NCBI GenBank assembly: GCA_046485045.1
Contig: JAWOHT010000133.1
Location: 16,203-80,202, forward strand
Length of the DNA: 64,000 nucleotides
Reading direction: 5' to 3'
Origin: Bacteroidales bacterium
Lineage (GTDB): Bacteria > Bacteroidota > Bacteroidia > Bacteroidales > UBA10428
Every line of letters starts with the position of its first letter. Position 1 is the stretch's first letter. The notes below the pieces were generated by a model. The model saw nothing but the letters and a program-made list of their open reading frames with translations. It was not told the DNA's origin and searched no databases. Below are positions 8,427 to 18,958 of the stretch, one piece after another. A program made the position numbers and the translations under genes.

Positions 8427-11400
8427 TCATTCTGCGATCCCAATCAAATCATCATAAAATATTCTAAACTTCTCTGCATAGTTGTTTTTAAACTCCTTAA
8501 CCCCATATTTATCGGCAATCTTTAGCAGTTCATTCAGATAATAAAGCCAATTTCCGAAATCTTCCTTACTGGTGTTCTTAATCTTTTTTTCAAGTGATTT
8601 ATAATAATCAAGCTCATTGGTTAAAATGGCTGCATATTCGTTCATCGTCTCCAAACCCTTATTCTGATTGCCAGTCTCAAAATTTTGCGATATTAGTTTT
8701 AAGATAAAATAATCATCGGGGTTCAGGCTTAAAGGCATTATTTCCATGCATTTATCAATTACACTTTCAGCTTTAACTGTTTCTCCGGAGTTGTTCAGGT
8801 TGTCGGCAAGTTGTGCAAATGTCCTTCTTACACCAAGTACCTGTAACTGCCTTCTAATGGTCTGGTCTGAATAAACTGCAGGATCGTTCAGGTTGCCCCA
8901 TCTGAATTTTTCCATTAACAATGTATGTGTAAACTCTGTATCCATCGTGAAACCGTATATTGAGGAAGACTGATTTGCAGGGTATGGGACAAGCCGGTAT
9001 GCAAATCCTTCTTTAACAAGGTATTTGTCCAGACCCAGGTTCTTAAGTTCTATGGGTGAAAGAAAACATAGCGGCCTTTCCCAGTTGTTGTGTGCAATAA
9101 TATCGAGCAATAGCAGCTCGCTTCTGATCAGATAGCTTTTTTGAATCGTAAAAACCATTGAATCTCCGGTTCTTTCAATTTCTTTCTCACTGAAGATTCC
9201 TGATTTTCTCAGGGCATTCCTGTCAATAGTAATTTTTAGTTTACGGGCAGGCAGGTAGTCCTGATAATTCGAATCATTTCTCAAAAGCTTTGTCTGCGGG
9301 TTATCGCTACTGATAAAATCAATGGCATCTTTCAGTTCCACAAAACGGTCTATTCTGTTTACAACATGCACAACACTTCTTTTACCATTATAAAATTTAT
9401 CAGAATCAAATGATATCGGCAATCTTTCGGCTTCGTTAATGTCTTTACGCATCTGGTCAATATACCACGAGGCTCCCAGATAAGGGTACAGCACGGCCCT
9501 TACATCAGGCCTTACCGATTCCACCTCCTGGATATACCAGAGCGGATAGGTATCGTTGTCGCCGTTTGTAAAGAGAATTGAATTACTGCGGCAGGAATTC
9601 ACATAATCATATCCAAAATCTCTGCCGGCAAAGCGGTTTGAACGATTATGGTCATCAAAATTCTGACTTAACAATAAAACCGGGACCACCATACCTGCCG
9701 CAATTGAAACCAGCATTGATGGAATTACCGTGAGGTATTTTTTAAGAAATGAAAAAACAGCCATTACGCCCATGCCAATCCAGATGGCAAATGCATAAAA
9801 AGAGCCGGCATACACATAATCTCTTTCCCGGGGTGTTACCGGTATTTCGTTCAGATAAACACCAATGGCCATTCCGGTAAACAGAAACAGCAAAAGTACC
9901 GCGGTAAAACCCTTCCTGTCTCTTCTGTAATGCCCTACTGCACCTATAACTCCTAAAATAAAGGGAATAAAAAAGAAGGTATTTCTTGCCTTATTTTCTA
10001 ATAACGAGGCTGGAAGGTTGGTTTGCTTGCCCAGTCTCAACCTGTCAATAAAACCTATTCCGCTTATCCAGTTGCCATGAAATGCATTGCCGGTTCCCTG
10101 CACATCGTCCTGCCTGCCAACGAAATTCCAGAAAAAGTACCTCCAGTACATATACCCAATCTGATACCTGAGAAAATACCTTATATTTTCAGCAAAAACA
10201 GGTTTAATCAATGTTTCTGATTGTCCGTTTTGTGTGACCCTTATTTTTTCACCTTTTATTTTTGCCCAGTATTTATATGCTTCAGTATAATTTTCCGAAT
10301 TATCAATCAATCGTGGAAAGATGGTCATAAACCGTTTATCGTAAGTGTATTCCGGATTCAAATCGGTTTTTATATACCTGTCATTTTCATATATAAAGGT
10401 CGTTCTTGCCTTCACCCCGGTTATGGGTGCATTGTAGTATGGGCCATAAAACAAAGGCCTGCTGCCGTAATGTTCCCTGTTAAGGAAATTGCATAAACTG
10501 AATGGATTATCAGGATTATTCATATCAATGGAAATATTCACCTGCGACCGGAAAAGAACAGAAAGGTAACAGGTATAGCCAATTATCATAAGCATTAGCG
10601 ATAAAACAACTGTTTGCCATAAGAGGATATTTTTCCTGTTTGCCATTATCAGTGCAATTACCAGAATAACTCCTGTAAATAAGAAAGTTAAATAGAGGCC
10701 CGTATTCAGCGGAAGTTTTAATGTATTCACACAAAACAGATCTATTATTGCGGCTGTTTTGGCTATTCCGGGAATGAATACATACATGATAAATCCTAAC
10801 ACAACCATAGCAAGCAAAAAAGAAAGAAGGATCACTTTCCGGTTGAATGTTTTGTTTTTAGACAATATAACAAAGACAATTGCCGGTATTGCCAGCAGGT
10901 TTAACAGATGCACCCCGATAGAAATACCCATAATAAAAGCAATAAAAATCAGCCATCGGGCGGCATAAACCATATCTTTTTGTTTATCCCATTTAAGAAT
11001 TGCCCAGAACACCAGTGCAGTAAGAAAAGATGAAAACGCGTAGACTTCGGCTTCAACTGCCGAAAACCAGAAACTATCTGTAAAGGCGAATGACAGTGAA
11101 CCGAAAATTCCGGCAGTAAACATCAGAATTTGTTGTTTCCCGTCTGGTTTTTCATCAGCAGAAATTATTTTTTTTGTCAGCATCATGATACTCCAAAAAA
11201 GGAACATAATGGTAAAAGCGCTGGCTACCGCCGAAAACAGATTTACCATTACAGCAACCATTTGAACGTTATTACCTGCCAATAGAGAGAAAAGCCTGCC
11301 AATCATTATAAACAGGGGGGCGCCGGGTGAATGGCTTACCTGAAGCCTGTATGCACAGGCAATAAACTCGCTGCAGTCCCAAAGGCTGTTTGCCGGTTCA

Positions 11401-11477
11401 AGTGTGAATACATAAACTGATAAAGAGATGGCAAACACAAACCAGCCGCCAATGTTTTTAAGTGTATTGTAATTCAT
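8427..11477 (-). CDS. DUF2723-family (GT-C-fold, putative glycosyltransferase) polytopic membrane protein
   Basis: 1016 aa. The N-terminus LEPANSLWDCSEFIACAYRLQVSHSPGAPLF is characteristic of DUF2723. It has many TM helices and a long soluble C-terminal region. Confidence 0.75.
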   Translation of the reverse strand: MNYNTLKNIGGWFVFAISLSVYVFTLEPANSLWDCSEFIACAYRLQVSHSPGAPLFIMIGRLFSLLAGNNVQMVAVMVNLFSAVASAFTIMFLFWSIMMLTKKIISADEKPDGKQQILMFTAGIFGSLSFAFTDSFWFSAVEAEVYAFSSFLTALVFWAILKWDKQKDMVYAARWLIFIAFIMGISIGVHLLNLLAIPAIVFVILSKNKTFNRKVILLSFLLAMVVLGFIMYVFIPGIAKTAAIIDLFCVNTLKLPLNTGLYLTFLFTGVILVIALIMANRKNILLWQTVVLSLMLMIIGYTCYLSVLFRSQVNISIDMNNPDNPFSLCNFLNREHYGSRPLFYGPYYNAPITGVKARTTFIYENDRYIKTDLNPEYTYDKRFMTIFPRLIDNSENYTEAYKYWAKIKGEKIRVTQNGQSETLIKPVFAENIRYFLRYQIGYMYWRYFFWNFVGRQDDVQGTGNAFHGNWISGIGFIDRLRLGKQTNLPASLLENKARNTFFFIPFILGVIGAVGHYRRDRKGFTAVLLLFLFTGMAIGVYLNEIPVTPRERDYVYAGSFYAFAIWIGMGVMAVFSFLKKYLTVIPSMLVSIAAGMVVPVLLLSQNFDDHNRSNRFAGRDFGYDYVNSCRSNSILFTNGDNDTYPLWYIQEVESVRPDVRAVLYPYLGASWYIDQMRKDINEAERLPISFDSDKFYNGKRSVVHVVNRIDRFVELKDAIDFISSDNPQTKLLRNDSNYQDYLPARKLKITIDRNALRKSGIFSEKEIERTGDSMVFTIQKSYLIRSELLLLDIIAHNNWERPLCFLSPIELKNLGLDKYLVKEGFAYRLVPYPANQSSSIYGFTMDTEFTHTLLMEKFRWGNLNDPAVYSDQTIRRQLQVLGVRRTFAQLADNLNNSGETVKAESVIDKCMEIMPLSLNPDDYFILKLISQNFETGNQNKGLETMNEYAAILTNELDYYKSLEKKIKNTSKEDFGNWLYYLNELLKIADKYGVKEFKNNYAEKFRIFYDDLIGIAE

Positions 11478-11671
11478 AAAAATTGATTTGAATATTACTG
11501 AATTCAGTACACCTTTAATGACAACAGGTTCAGTTTTTGAGAATATAAAACTGAATTCGTCTGCTGATGTGAATTTTCAGCAAGTTGATTTCAAAACGAT
11601 GGAAGGCAACTCAAGTAAAACAGTTTTACTATTTTTGTCTTTCATACCTTGAAACATGTTACTTTTTGAAA

Positions 11672-12832
11672 ATGGAATACAGAAGATTCGGCAAAACCAA
11701 CAAATCAATAAGTGTCATCACGCTCGGCGGCATGCGGTTTATTCATGCAGACGATAACCCAAGGGAAAAAATACCCGCAGATACTTTGGACCAGTGTGCC
11801 TATTCGGTAAAAAAAGCACTTGAATGCGGTATTAACCATATTGAAACTGCCTATGGATACGGGAAAAGCGAGCATGCGCTCGGCACTGCAATCAACGACA
11901 TTCTCAAAATCAGGCGAAATATCTATTATCTTATGACCAAGGGAGCGCCAAAAACTGCCGCTGAAACACGTTCACTCGTTGAGCTGCAGCTTAAAACCCT
12001 CAAAACAGATTACTTCGACTTTTATGCCTGGCATGGGATCAATAATTGGGAAAGGCTTGAAATGGCCTGCAAAAAAAAGGGGCCGGTAGAAGAGCTCCTG
12101 AAACTAAAAGAAGAAGGCATTATCGGCCATGTAGGATTCAGCACCCATGCCCCGTTAGATCTAATAATCACGAGCATCGAATCCGGAATGTTTGAATTTG
12201 TCAACCTGCATTATTACTACTTTTTTCGAAGAAATTACGCTGCCATTGCGCTTGCACAGTTAAAAGACTTGGGGGTGCTTATTATTTCACCCAACGATAA
12301 GGGAGGGCAACTTTTTAATGCACCCGAAAAACTTAAAGAATTCACTAAACCACTTTCCCCCATTCAGTGGAATGCCAGGTTCTGTCTGGGTACTCCGGCT
12401 GTTCACACACTGTCTTTCGGAATAACCGAACCGGTACAATTTGACGAGATGACAGGAATATTTCCAACATCAATACCAATGAACCTCAACGATAAAAAAA
12501 TACTGTTGGACCTGGAGGCGCAACGATTGAATGACCCATATTCCGATTACGACGGTTATGACATGGTAAATGACCTCTCTGGCATTAATATCCCCGAAGT
12601 GCTAAGGCTCAGAAAACTCTGGAAATGTTATGATATGCTGGAATTCTGCAGATACCGATACAACCTGTTTGAAGAGCATCACCACTGGTTTCCGGGAAAA
12701 CCGGCAGAAAAATCAAATATTGAAAAAATTAATATGGCAAGAGTCCCAAAAAACATACCTTTGAAGGAGATTCTTCTTGAAGCACATGAAGCTTTTCACA
12801 AAAAAGACAACAAAACCCTGCGATATATCTGA
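11672..12832 (+). CDS. Aldo/keto reductase family oxidoreductase
   Basis: MEYRRFGKTNKSISVITLGGMRF is a typical AKR N-terminus. Other motifs are GINHIETAYGYG and the HVGFSTHAP region. The start was moved to the ATG at 11672 inside the tracked ORF. Confidence 0.8.
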   Translation: MEYRRFGKTNKSISVITLGGMRFIHADDNPREKIPADTLDQCAYSVKKALECGINHIETAYGYGKSEHALGTAINDILKIRRNIYYLMTKGAPKTAAETRSLVELQLKTLKTDYFDFYAWHGINNWERLEMACKKKGPVEELLKLKEEGIIGHVGFSTHAPLDLIITSIESGMFEFVNLHYYYFFRRNYAAIALAQLKDLGVLIISPNDKGGQLFNAPEKLKEFTKPLSPIQWNARFCLGTPAVHTLSFGITEPVQFDEMTGIFPTSIPMNLNDKKILLDLEAQRLNDPYSDYDGYDMVNDLSGINIPEVLRLRKLWKCYDMLEFCRYRYNLFEEHHHWFPGKPAEKSNIEKINMARVPKNIPLKEILLEAHEAFHKKDNKTLRYI

Positions 12833-12836
12833 AATA

Positions 12837-13955
12837 ATGATGGTTAAACATGCTAAACTCCTTTCACTGTGTATCTTCATCTTCTGGCTGCAGAAAATTG
12901 AGCTGAAGGGACAGATTTTACATGATCCTGAAACATTTGCAAGAATCGAAAAGGGTGTTGAAAATATCTATAATTGCAGGTTTAACGAGGCAAAAGCCGA
13001 TTACAGGTTTATAAAATCCAAATACCCAAACCATGCTGTTCCGAATCTTTTCAAGGCACTGGTCATTTACTGGGAATTTTATCCGCTTATCCCGGGTAGC
13101 GAAGAAGGACGGCAGTTCATTTACAACCTTGAACTGTGCCTGCAACAGGCCGAAAAGGTACTTAAAAAAAACGAAAACGATGCCGAGAACGTACTTGCCG
13201 GCTTAGGCGCCCTGGGGCTGATGCTCCTTTATTACGCCGATAACGGCCAGACCAGAAATGTAATTTCGCTTGCCGCACCCACCTATCAGTACGTAATGAA
13301 ATCGTTCAACTTCACGAAAGAATATCCCGATTTTTATTTCATTACCGGGCTCTACAACTATTACCGGGAGGCATATCCCGAAGCAAAACCAATCTACAAG
13401 CCGGTAGTTCTCTTTTTCCCGCACGGGGATAAACCACTTGGACTGAAGCAACTGAAGATTGCTGCCGATAGCGCTATTTTTTTAAAAGCCGAAGCAATTT
13501 CTTTTCTTTCGGGGATTTACCTGAGTTTTGAAAAAAATCCTCAATATGCCTCATTTTACAGCAAAAAGCTGACGTTAAAATTTCCCGGTAACATTAAATT
13601 CCAAACCGATCATATCAAAGATTTACTGCTTGATAAAAAATACCAGCGGGCTGAAAAAATGCTCGACACAATAATCTATCCCGCGCACAGTCGTTACCTG
13701 CAGATGAGGATAGATTGTTTCAGGGCCATTCTTTACGAAAAAGTGTATGCCAATGATAAAAAAGCCGAACAATATTACCAGATGACGATAAATAAATCGG
13801 AAGAATATAAAGATTATGCCAACGAATTCAGGTCGTACGCGTATTTCGGGTTAAGCAGGATTTACAGCCGCAAAGGGGACCTGAAAACCATGAAGCGTTA
13901 CCGAAAACAGGCCGAAAGTAATGCTGTTTTCGCGGATATTGATTTTGATGATTAA
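12837..13955 (+). CDS. Hypothetical secreted helical-repeat (TPR-like) protein
   Basis: It has a signal-like N-terminus after MMVKHAKLL. The C-terminus YFGLSRIYSRKGDLKTMKRYRKQAE is TPR-like. The start was chosen just after the AKR stop. Confidence 0.5.
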   Translation: MMVKHAKLLSLCIFIFWLQKIELKGQILHDPETFARIEKGVENIYNCRFNEAKADYRFIKSKYPNHAVPNLFKALVIYWEFYPLIPGSEEGRQFIYNLELCLQQAEKVLKKNENDAENVLAGLGALGLMLLYYADNGQTRNVISLAAPTYQYVMKSFNFTKEYPDFYFITGLYNYYREAYPEAKPIYKPVVLFFPHGDKPLGLKQLKIAADSAIFLKAEAISFLSGIYLSFEKNPQYASFYSKKLTLKFPGNIKFQTDHIKDLLLDKKYQRAEKMLDTIIYPAHSRYLQMRIDCFRAILYEKVYANDKKAEQYYQMTINKSEEYKDYANEFRSYAYFGLSRIYSRKGDLKTMKRYRKQAESNAVFADIDFDD

Positions 13956-14007
13956 ATCAATCGAGATTAAACAGGTTATAGAACTTATTTGTCTAACCTC
14001 ACTCTTT

Positions 14008-14766
14008 TTACTGTTTAACAGTTACATACACCCATCGGGTAATATCGAGCGCTGTGGTAAAGGTACTCAGGCCGGGGTAAATGTTGCCGTCTTTTCCCGA
14101 GTAATGGCCATGTCCTGTCAGCTTAAGTTCATATTGTCCATATTGCTCAGTAATATTTATCCTTGCCTTGTAAACGAGCGATGGCTGGCTTGATGTCTTG
14201 TACTCTTCATCATCGGGATATTTATTGTTTGTCCAGAATTCGTTCCAGTCCCATGTCTGATTGATCTCGAAATAGATATCGAAAATGGGTGGAATATTAT
14301 CTTTTAACCGCGAGTTTAAAACAAAATTGCCAGACGGTGTAGCGCCGGTGTATGCATCGGCAACGGGGGTTTTAACAGTCGGGACATACCACCCGTCATC
14401 TTCTTTTACACCCCGGCTATGGGCCCACACGGGCAGTGCGGCCGGACGCCTTCTCTCGCCCGGAAGCCATTTGCCGGCAGAAGTCTCTCCATACCTGAAA
14501 ACGCCTTTGGCTATTGACTCTGCAACATAAAGCGTCTGAAGATAATTGTAAGATGTATCGGTAACCCACACCGCCATCAGCGGATAGTTATGTGACTTAC
14601 CTTTTTCAAAGACCAGTTCGAGTAAAACGCCACGATTATCCTGAGAGGTATATAACGTGTCATACAACGCTGCTGTTTTAGACATGCGGCTCGTTTTGCA
14701 CGAAATAACAAACATTGCCTGTACAGTAACGAAAAAAACTATTATAAGTGGAAAAAATCTTTTCAT
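14008..14766 (-). CDS. Hypothetical lipoprotein, possibly DUF2271-like
   Basis: The lipobox is MFVISCKT. YPLMAVWVTD...PAALPVWAHSRG...DAYTGATPSGNF recalls DUF2271 periplasmic proteins. It starts 12 nt downstream of the TonB-dependent receptor. Confidence 0.4.
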   Translation of the reverse strand: MKRFFPLIIVFFVTVQAMFVISCKTSRMSKTAALYDTLYTSQDNRGVLLELVFEKGKSHNYPLMAVWVTDTSYNYLQTLYVAESIAKGVFRYGETSAGKWLPGERRRPAALPVWAHSRGVKEDDGWYVPTVKTPVADAYTGATPSGNFVLNSRLKDNIPPIFDIYFEINQTWDWNEFWTNNKYPDDEEYKTSSQPSLVYKARINITEQYGQYELKLTGHGHYSGKDGNIYPGLSTFTTALDITRWVYVTVKQ

Positions 14767-14778
14767 AGTATGTATCTT

Positions 14779-17208
14779 TTAAAATTCAACCATAATACCA
14801 ATTGTAGGAAGTATTGTGCCGCTACCGTCAGATTTCAGGTAAACCAGGTCGTATTTAAGAATTCCGTTATCATCAACCACATCGTCAGTTCCCGGGTTTA
14901 CGATAGAATTGCGCACCAGCCTGTCGGGCTCAAATGCCTTAAAATTATACAAATTCTGTATGTCAACATAAAGCATCAGCGACCACTTTTTAAAGAAATA
15001 CTGTTTATCTATTCTAATATCTAACTGGTGAAAAGACTTTAACCTAAGGCTATTAAACAGGGTATAGTCGAGAGAAGGGATTCCGGTTGCATCCCATACC
15101 TCTTTAATTGAAGATTTTTCAGCATCGAAAGGGGTATAGGGCGCAGCGCCGACAAACCTCCATTTAAAGCCAAAATCCCAGTTTCTTTTGAAGCTTCGGG
15201 TAGCTGTAATGTTAAAAATATGTCTGTTGTCCCATGAGGTAGGGATAAATTCGCCTTCGCTCGACTGCAGGCCGGTGTTTTTAAATTCGCTCCATACAAG
15301 TGTGTATGAAAGTATGAGGTTTGCCCCTTTCAGATCGAGGGTACGCCCGAAAATTTCGAGGCCATAAGCCCTGCCTTCGGCAACCGGAACAAGCGCTTCG
15401 TCGCCAAAAGTACCAAAATCGGCGCCTTTGGTAGCAAGTGCCACTGAATCACTTAAAGAAAACGGATAATTTCTGTAATGCTTGTAAAAACCCTCTATAC
15501 TGAAGTTTGATTTATCATCGGGACTGAACTCCAAGCCGGCAACCAGTTGATCTGATGCAATAAAGGATATGCCGTTTTTTCTGTTTACAAATTCCCCTGA
15601 ATTGTCCTTATACCCGAGCGCAGTATAAGGAGGACGTTGATAATACCTGCCAGTATTAAAATTAAAAATGAATTTTTCAGACAATACATACGAAGCCGAA
15701 AACCTTGGAGAAAACTGCTTTAACGGGTTAGTCATCTCATCGGAATATGAGCTGCCGTCAAACCGCAGACCGGCAGATAGAATAAGCCTGTTGCCAAGAT
15801 AATTGTTGCTTACCTGCCCGAACAATCCGTAATTGAACATATCGAGAAAAGAGGCATAGTTAAGATCCTGGCTGGTTTCACTCAGAATAATCTTACGGTA
15901 TGTACTGTTTTCGTACTTCGCATATTCAAAGTTTATTCCATAATTAACTTTAATATTGTTTTTTATAGTGGAATTACGCTCATACCTAAACTTGTTTTCA
16001 CTTTCTATTGATGAATAGTCAAGCGTTTTGGGCAGGTTTTCATCATTTTGTTCATGCTTGTAGGCAACATTATTCAGCATATTTCTGCTCAACACCCATG
16101 TATCGAAACCATTTTCACTGAAATGTTTATAAACCAGTCCGAATGTATAATTCCACTGATCGTTTTCGGGCAGGTAACCGAGAATAAACCTCTGGTCGGC
16201 TGTTTCATTTGCGTTGAGGTTAAGCTTGTTCTGGTCGAGGGCGCCGAGACCTATGACTGTAAGTTCGTTTTTTTCGTTAAAACGGGTTCTGAGTTTAAAC
16301 TGAAAATCGTTGTAAGTTGGAAGGAATGGCAATTCGAGCGCGGCAAACAAAAGCTGCAGGTACGACCTTCTTGCCGACAGGATATAAGATGTTTTATCAC
16401 CCAAAGGCCCGTCGAGCGTAAGCGCAAGGTCTGATGCGCCTACTGTGGCCCTGAATTTTGGTTTCTCTTTGTTGCCATCAATCTGCCTGAAATCGAGTAC
16501 CGAGCTCAATGCATTGCCCCTGTTGGCCGGAAAAGCGCCGGAATAAAAATTCACCTCACGTATAAAATCAACATTAATAATACCTACCGGCCCACCCGAA
16601 GCACCTTGTGTGGCAAAATGGTTGAGGTTGGGTATCTCAACGCCGTCGAGATAGAATTTACTTTCACTTGGCCCGCCACCCCGCACAATTACATCGTTAC
16701 GGTATGCGGGAGTAGAGGCAACACCCGGAAACGATTGTATAACTCTTGATATATCCCTGTTGCCGCCGGGATTTTTTTCAATTTCGGCAACACCTATACG
16801 CCTCAAAGACACCGGGCTCTCTTCTTGTCTTCGGAAAGGTGAAGCTTTAACAACCACGGCATCCAGCTCTATATTAGCCTCCTGTAGCGCGATTTCGATA
16901 TAACTGTTTTTTGCATTGGTAACCAGAAACCGGGTAGTGACAAAATCTTCGAACCCCACAGAAGAAGCCTTTAGTTGCACATAACCGGGCTTAATGCCCG
17001 TAAAAATAAAGCGCCCGTCGAGATCACTTACAGTACCGATGGTTGTTTCCCATATTATAATGGTTGCAAAGGGAATAGGTTCGTTATTCTTGGCATTGGA
17101 TATCCTCCCTTCTATTGTTCCAATGTTTATACCCTGTGCATCAACAGTATTGTCAGAATAAAATATAAATAAGAGTGACAGAATAAAGGTATATAGATAT
17201 GTCTTCAT
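14779..17208 (-). CDS. TonB-dependent outer-membrane receptor with N-terminal carboxypeptidase-regulatory-like domain
   Basis: 809 aa with a signal peptide, a GRISNAKNNEPIPFATIIIWETTIGTVSDLDGRF CarbopepD_reg-type domain, a plug domain and a beta-barrel ending in a terminal Phe. Confidence 0.9.
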   Translation of the reverse strand: MKTYLYTFILSLLFIFYSDNTVDAQGINIGTIEGRISNAKNNEPIPFATIIIWETTIGTVSDLDGRFIFTGIKPGYVQLKASSVGFEDFVTTRFLVTNAKNSYIEIALQEANIELDAVVVKASPFRRQEESPVSLRRIGVAEIEKNPGGNRDISRVIQSFPGVASTPAYRNDVIVRGGGPSESKFYLDGVEIPNLNHFATQGASGGPVGIINVDFIREVNFYSGAFPANRGNALSSVLDFRQIDGNKEKPKFRATVGASDLALTLDGPLGDKTSYILSARRSYLQLLFAALELPFLPTYNDFQFKLRTRFNEKNELTVIGLGALDQNKLNLNANETADQRFILGYLPENDQWNYTFGLVYKHFSENGFDTWVLSRNMLNNVAYKHEQNDENLPKTLDYSSIESENKFRYERNSTIKNNIKVNYGINFEYAKYENSTYRKIILSETSQDLNYASFLDMFNYGLFGQVSNNYLGNRLILSAGLRFDGSSYSDEMTNPLKQFSPRFSASYVLSEKFIFNFNTGRYYQRPPYTALGYKDNSGEFVNRKNGISFIASDQLVAGLEFSPDDKSNFSIEGFYKHYRNYPFSLSDSVALATKGADFGTFGDEALVPVAEGRAYGLEIFGRTLDLKGANLILSYTLVWSEFKNTGLQSSEGEFIPTSWDNRHIFNITATRSFKRNWDFGFKWRFVGAAPYTPFDAEKSSIKEVWDATGIPSLDYTLFNSLRLKSFHQLDIRIDKQYFFKKWSLMLYVDIQNLYNFKAFEPDRLVRNSIVNPGTDDVVDDNGILKYDLVYLKSDGSGTILPTIGIMVEF

Positions 17209-17417
17209 TGGTTTTATTTTGAAATCATAACAAGAAAAAATATTTTTTGTTCACTATTTTAATTAATAGATTAAACAATATTAATTGGCACTGGTTGATA
17301 AAACAAAATACTGTTAAAATTAATTCTCCATCTCAAAAAAGCTATAAAGCTTAATAAATAATTATATGCAATGTAAGTTTGGTGTAAGCCGAAAATTTTC
17401 TTCTTAGCATTTGCGGT

Positions 17418-17450
17418 AACTTTCCAAAAGTTTAAAACTTTTGGAAAGTT
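17418..17450. repeat. Near-perfect 33-nt palindrome overlapping the stop codon of the GSCFA gene
   Basis: AACTTTCCAAAAGTTT A AAACTTTTGGAAAGTT. The two 16-nt arms are exact reverse complements around a single central base. Confidence 0.85.
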
Positions 17451-18418
17451 TGAAAATAATCGCTCTCAGGTGAAAAATCCAATAATGGAAACCTGGATTT
17501 TAACTTTTCGATATAATCCAGCATCGTTTTTCTGAACTTGGCTGTTTCGCCTGAAGAGGGATTTGTCACCCTGTGTTCCATGGCCTTAATCAGCTTATCA
17601 ATTTCTTTCAAGTCAGCCATCGTCTTTTCAGAAAAATATGTTTCTGAAAACCGTTTCCATACATAATCAATAGCAGCCTCTGAAGGGTGAAGCATGTCTT
17701 TTGCATAAAAACGGTAATCGCGCAGTTCATCCATAAAAATTTCGTAAGCAGGAAAGTACGATGCAAAATCAAATTTTTCAATCAGTTGGTGTATGGCCAC
17801 CTGCAATACCGATTTACTAAGCTGATTGTTAACAGCCCCATCTTTCCAATGCCTTATGGGGCTTACGGTAAAAATTACCCTTAATCGCGGGTAATTATCT
17901 TTTATTTTCTGCAACAGGGAAGCATACTCAAGGGTTATCTGTTCCGGATTAAGAATATACCTGCGGAATTCACGGGCAGGGATTTTATGGCAGTTGGCAA
18001 CTACCTGTCCGGTTTTTATAAACTCATATACCCAGGCTGTGCCGAATGTAACAAACAGAAAGTCAGCTTGTGAAAGAAATTCACCGGCATTTTTCATGGT
18101 ATGGTTTATCTTTTCCAGGCACTTAGGCTTATCAGCATCTGTAAATGCCGTGTAATGATAAAAACTAAGCCAGTGGTTATTAAAACAATAAAGATCGCTT
18201 TCTGTAAATGTTTTTTGTTCTAAAAGCATACCAATATCTTTACTTACAGACAGCGGATTATACAAAACGCCGAAAGGGTTATGTATTACCCCAAACTTAA
18301 GTCTTTGCATTAATAAACCGATATTATCGGCAAAACAGGAACCAATAAAAAGACATTTGCTGTTGTAATCAATCCTGAAGGGGCTTTGCGGTATATCAAC
18401 TATTGTCCTGAATTCCAT
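17432..18418 (-). CDS. GSCFA domain-containing protein
   Basis: The literal family motif is present: LFIGSCFADNIG. 328 aa. Confidence 0.8.
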   Translation of the reverse strand: MEFRTIVDIPQSPFRIDYNSKCLFIGSCFADNIGLLMQRLKFGVIHNPFGVLYNPLSVSKDIGMLLEQKTFTESDLYCFNNHWLSFYHYTAFTDADKPKCLEKINHTMKNAGEFLSQADFLFVTFGTAWVYEFIKTGQVVANCHKIPAREFRRYILNPEQITLEYASLLQKIKDNYPRLRVIFTVSPIRHWKDGAVNNQLSKSVLQVAIHQLIEKFDFASYFPAYEIFMDELRDYRFYAKDMLHPSEAAIDYVWKRFSETYFSEKTMADLKEIDKLIKAMEHRVTNPSSGETAKFRKTMLDYIEKLKSRFPLLDFSPESDYFQTFQKF

Positions 18419-18544
18419 AAACTATTTTACACTGGTTAACACCATTTTTATGATAATAATTCCTGTAAATTTGCAGAAAAAAAGCAAATTCAGGCAACAA
18501 ATACATGTAATTTATAAAATCATACATATTAATTGAATATTGTA

Positions 18545-18958
18545 ATGCAGAAAGTTATTCAAATAAACACCCACAAGCACAATGGTCTTTACGATATAAC
18601 AGATAAAGTAAAATCTATTGTGAAATCGAGCGGCATAAAAACCGGCATGGTAAATGTTTATGCCCAGGGTGCCACTGCAGCCATTATGATACAGGAAAAC
18701 TGGGACGACTCGGTGCAAAATGATGTTGTATCCCTATTGAATAAGCTCATACCGCATGGTGTATGGCAGCACGACCACCAGGACAACAACGGCGATGCGC
18801 ACCTGAAAGCAGGCATTGTAGGGCCTTCTGAAACTATACCCATCGTGTGCAGTGAGCCAGGCCTTTCTACCTGGCAGCATATTTTTTTCTGTGAATTTGA
18901 CGGACCGAGAAACGATAGAAAGATTGTGGTTACTGTTCACAGGTGCGAAGATGAATGA
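18545..18958 (+). CDS. yjbQ: YjbQ/UPF0047 family protein (secondary thiamine-phosphate synthase-like)
   Basis: GLYDITDKV...VNVYAQGATAAIMIQENWD...NGDAHLKAGIVGPSETIPI matches the UPF0047 pattern. The ATG at 18545 is preferred over the TTG at 18533. Confidence 0.8.
   Translation: MQKVIQINTHKHNGLYDITDKVKSIVKSSGIKTGMVNVYAQGATAAIMIQENWDDSVQNDVVSLLNKLIPHGVWQHDHQDNNGDAHLKAGIVGPSETIPIVCSEPGLSTWQHIFFCEFDGPRNDRKIVVTVHRCEDE

Noticed and set aside
11585-11671. N-terminal extension of the aldo/keto reductase ORF (29 extra codons from a TTG start)
   Set aside because: The extension (MISKRWKATQVKQFYYFCLSYLETCYFLK) has no AKR similarity. The canonical AKR N-terminus begins at the ATG at 11672.
18419-18544. 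Possible TPP riboswitch upstream of the YjbQ-family gene
   Set aside because: It has no CUGAGA or ACCUGAUCUGG-type conserved elements. Only a small AT-rich hairpin is present (AATTTGC/GCAAATT).
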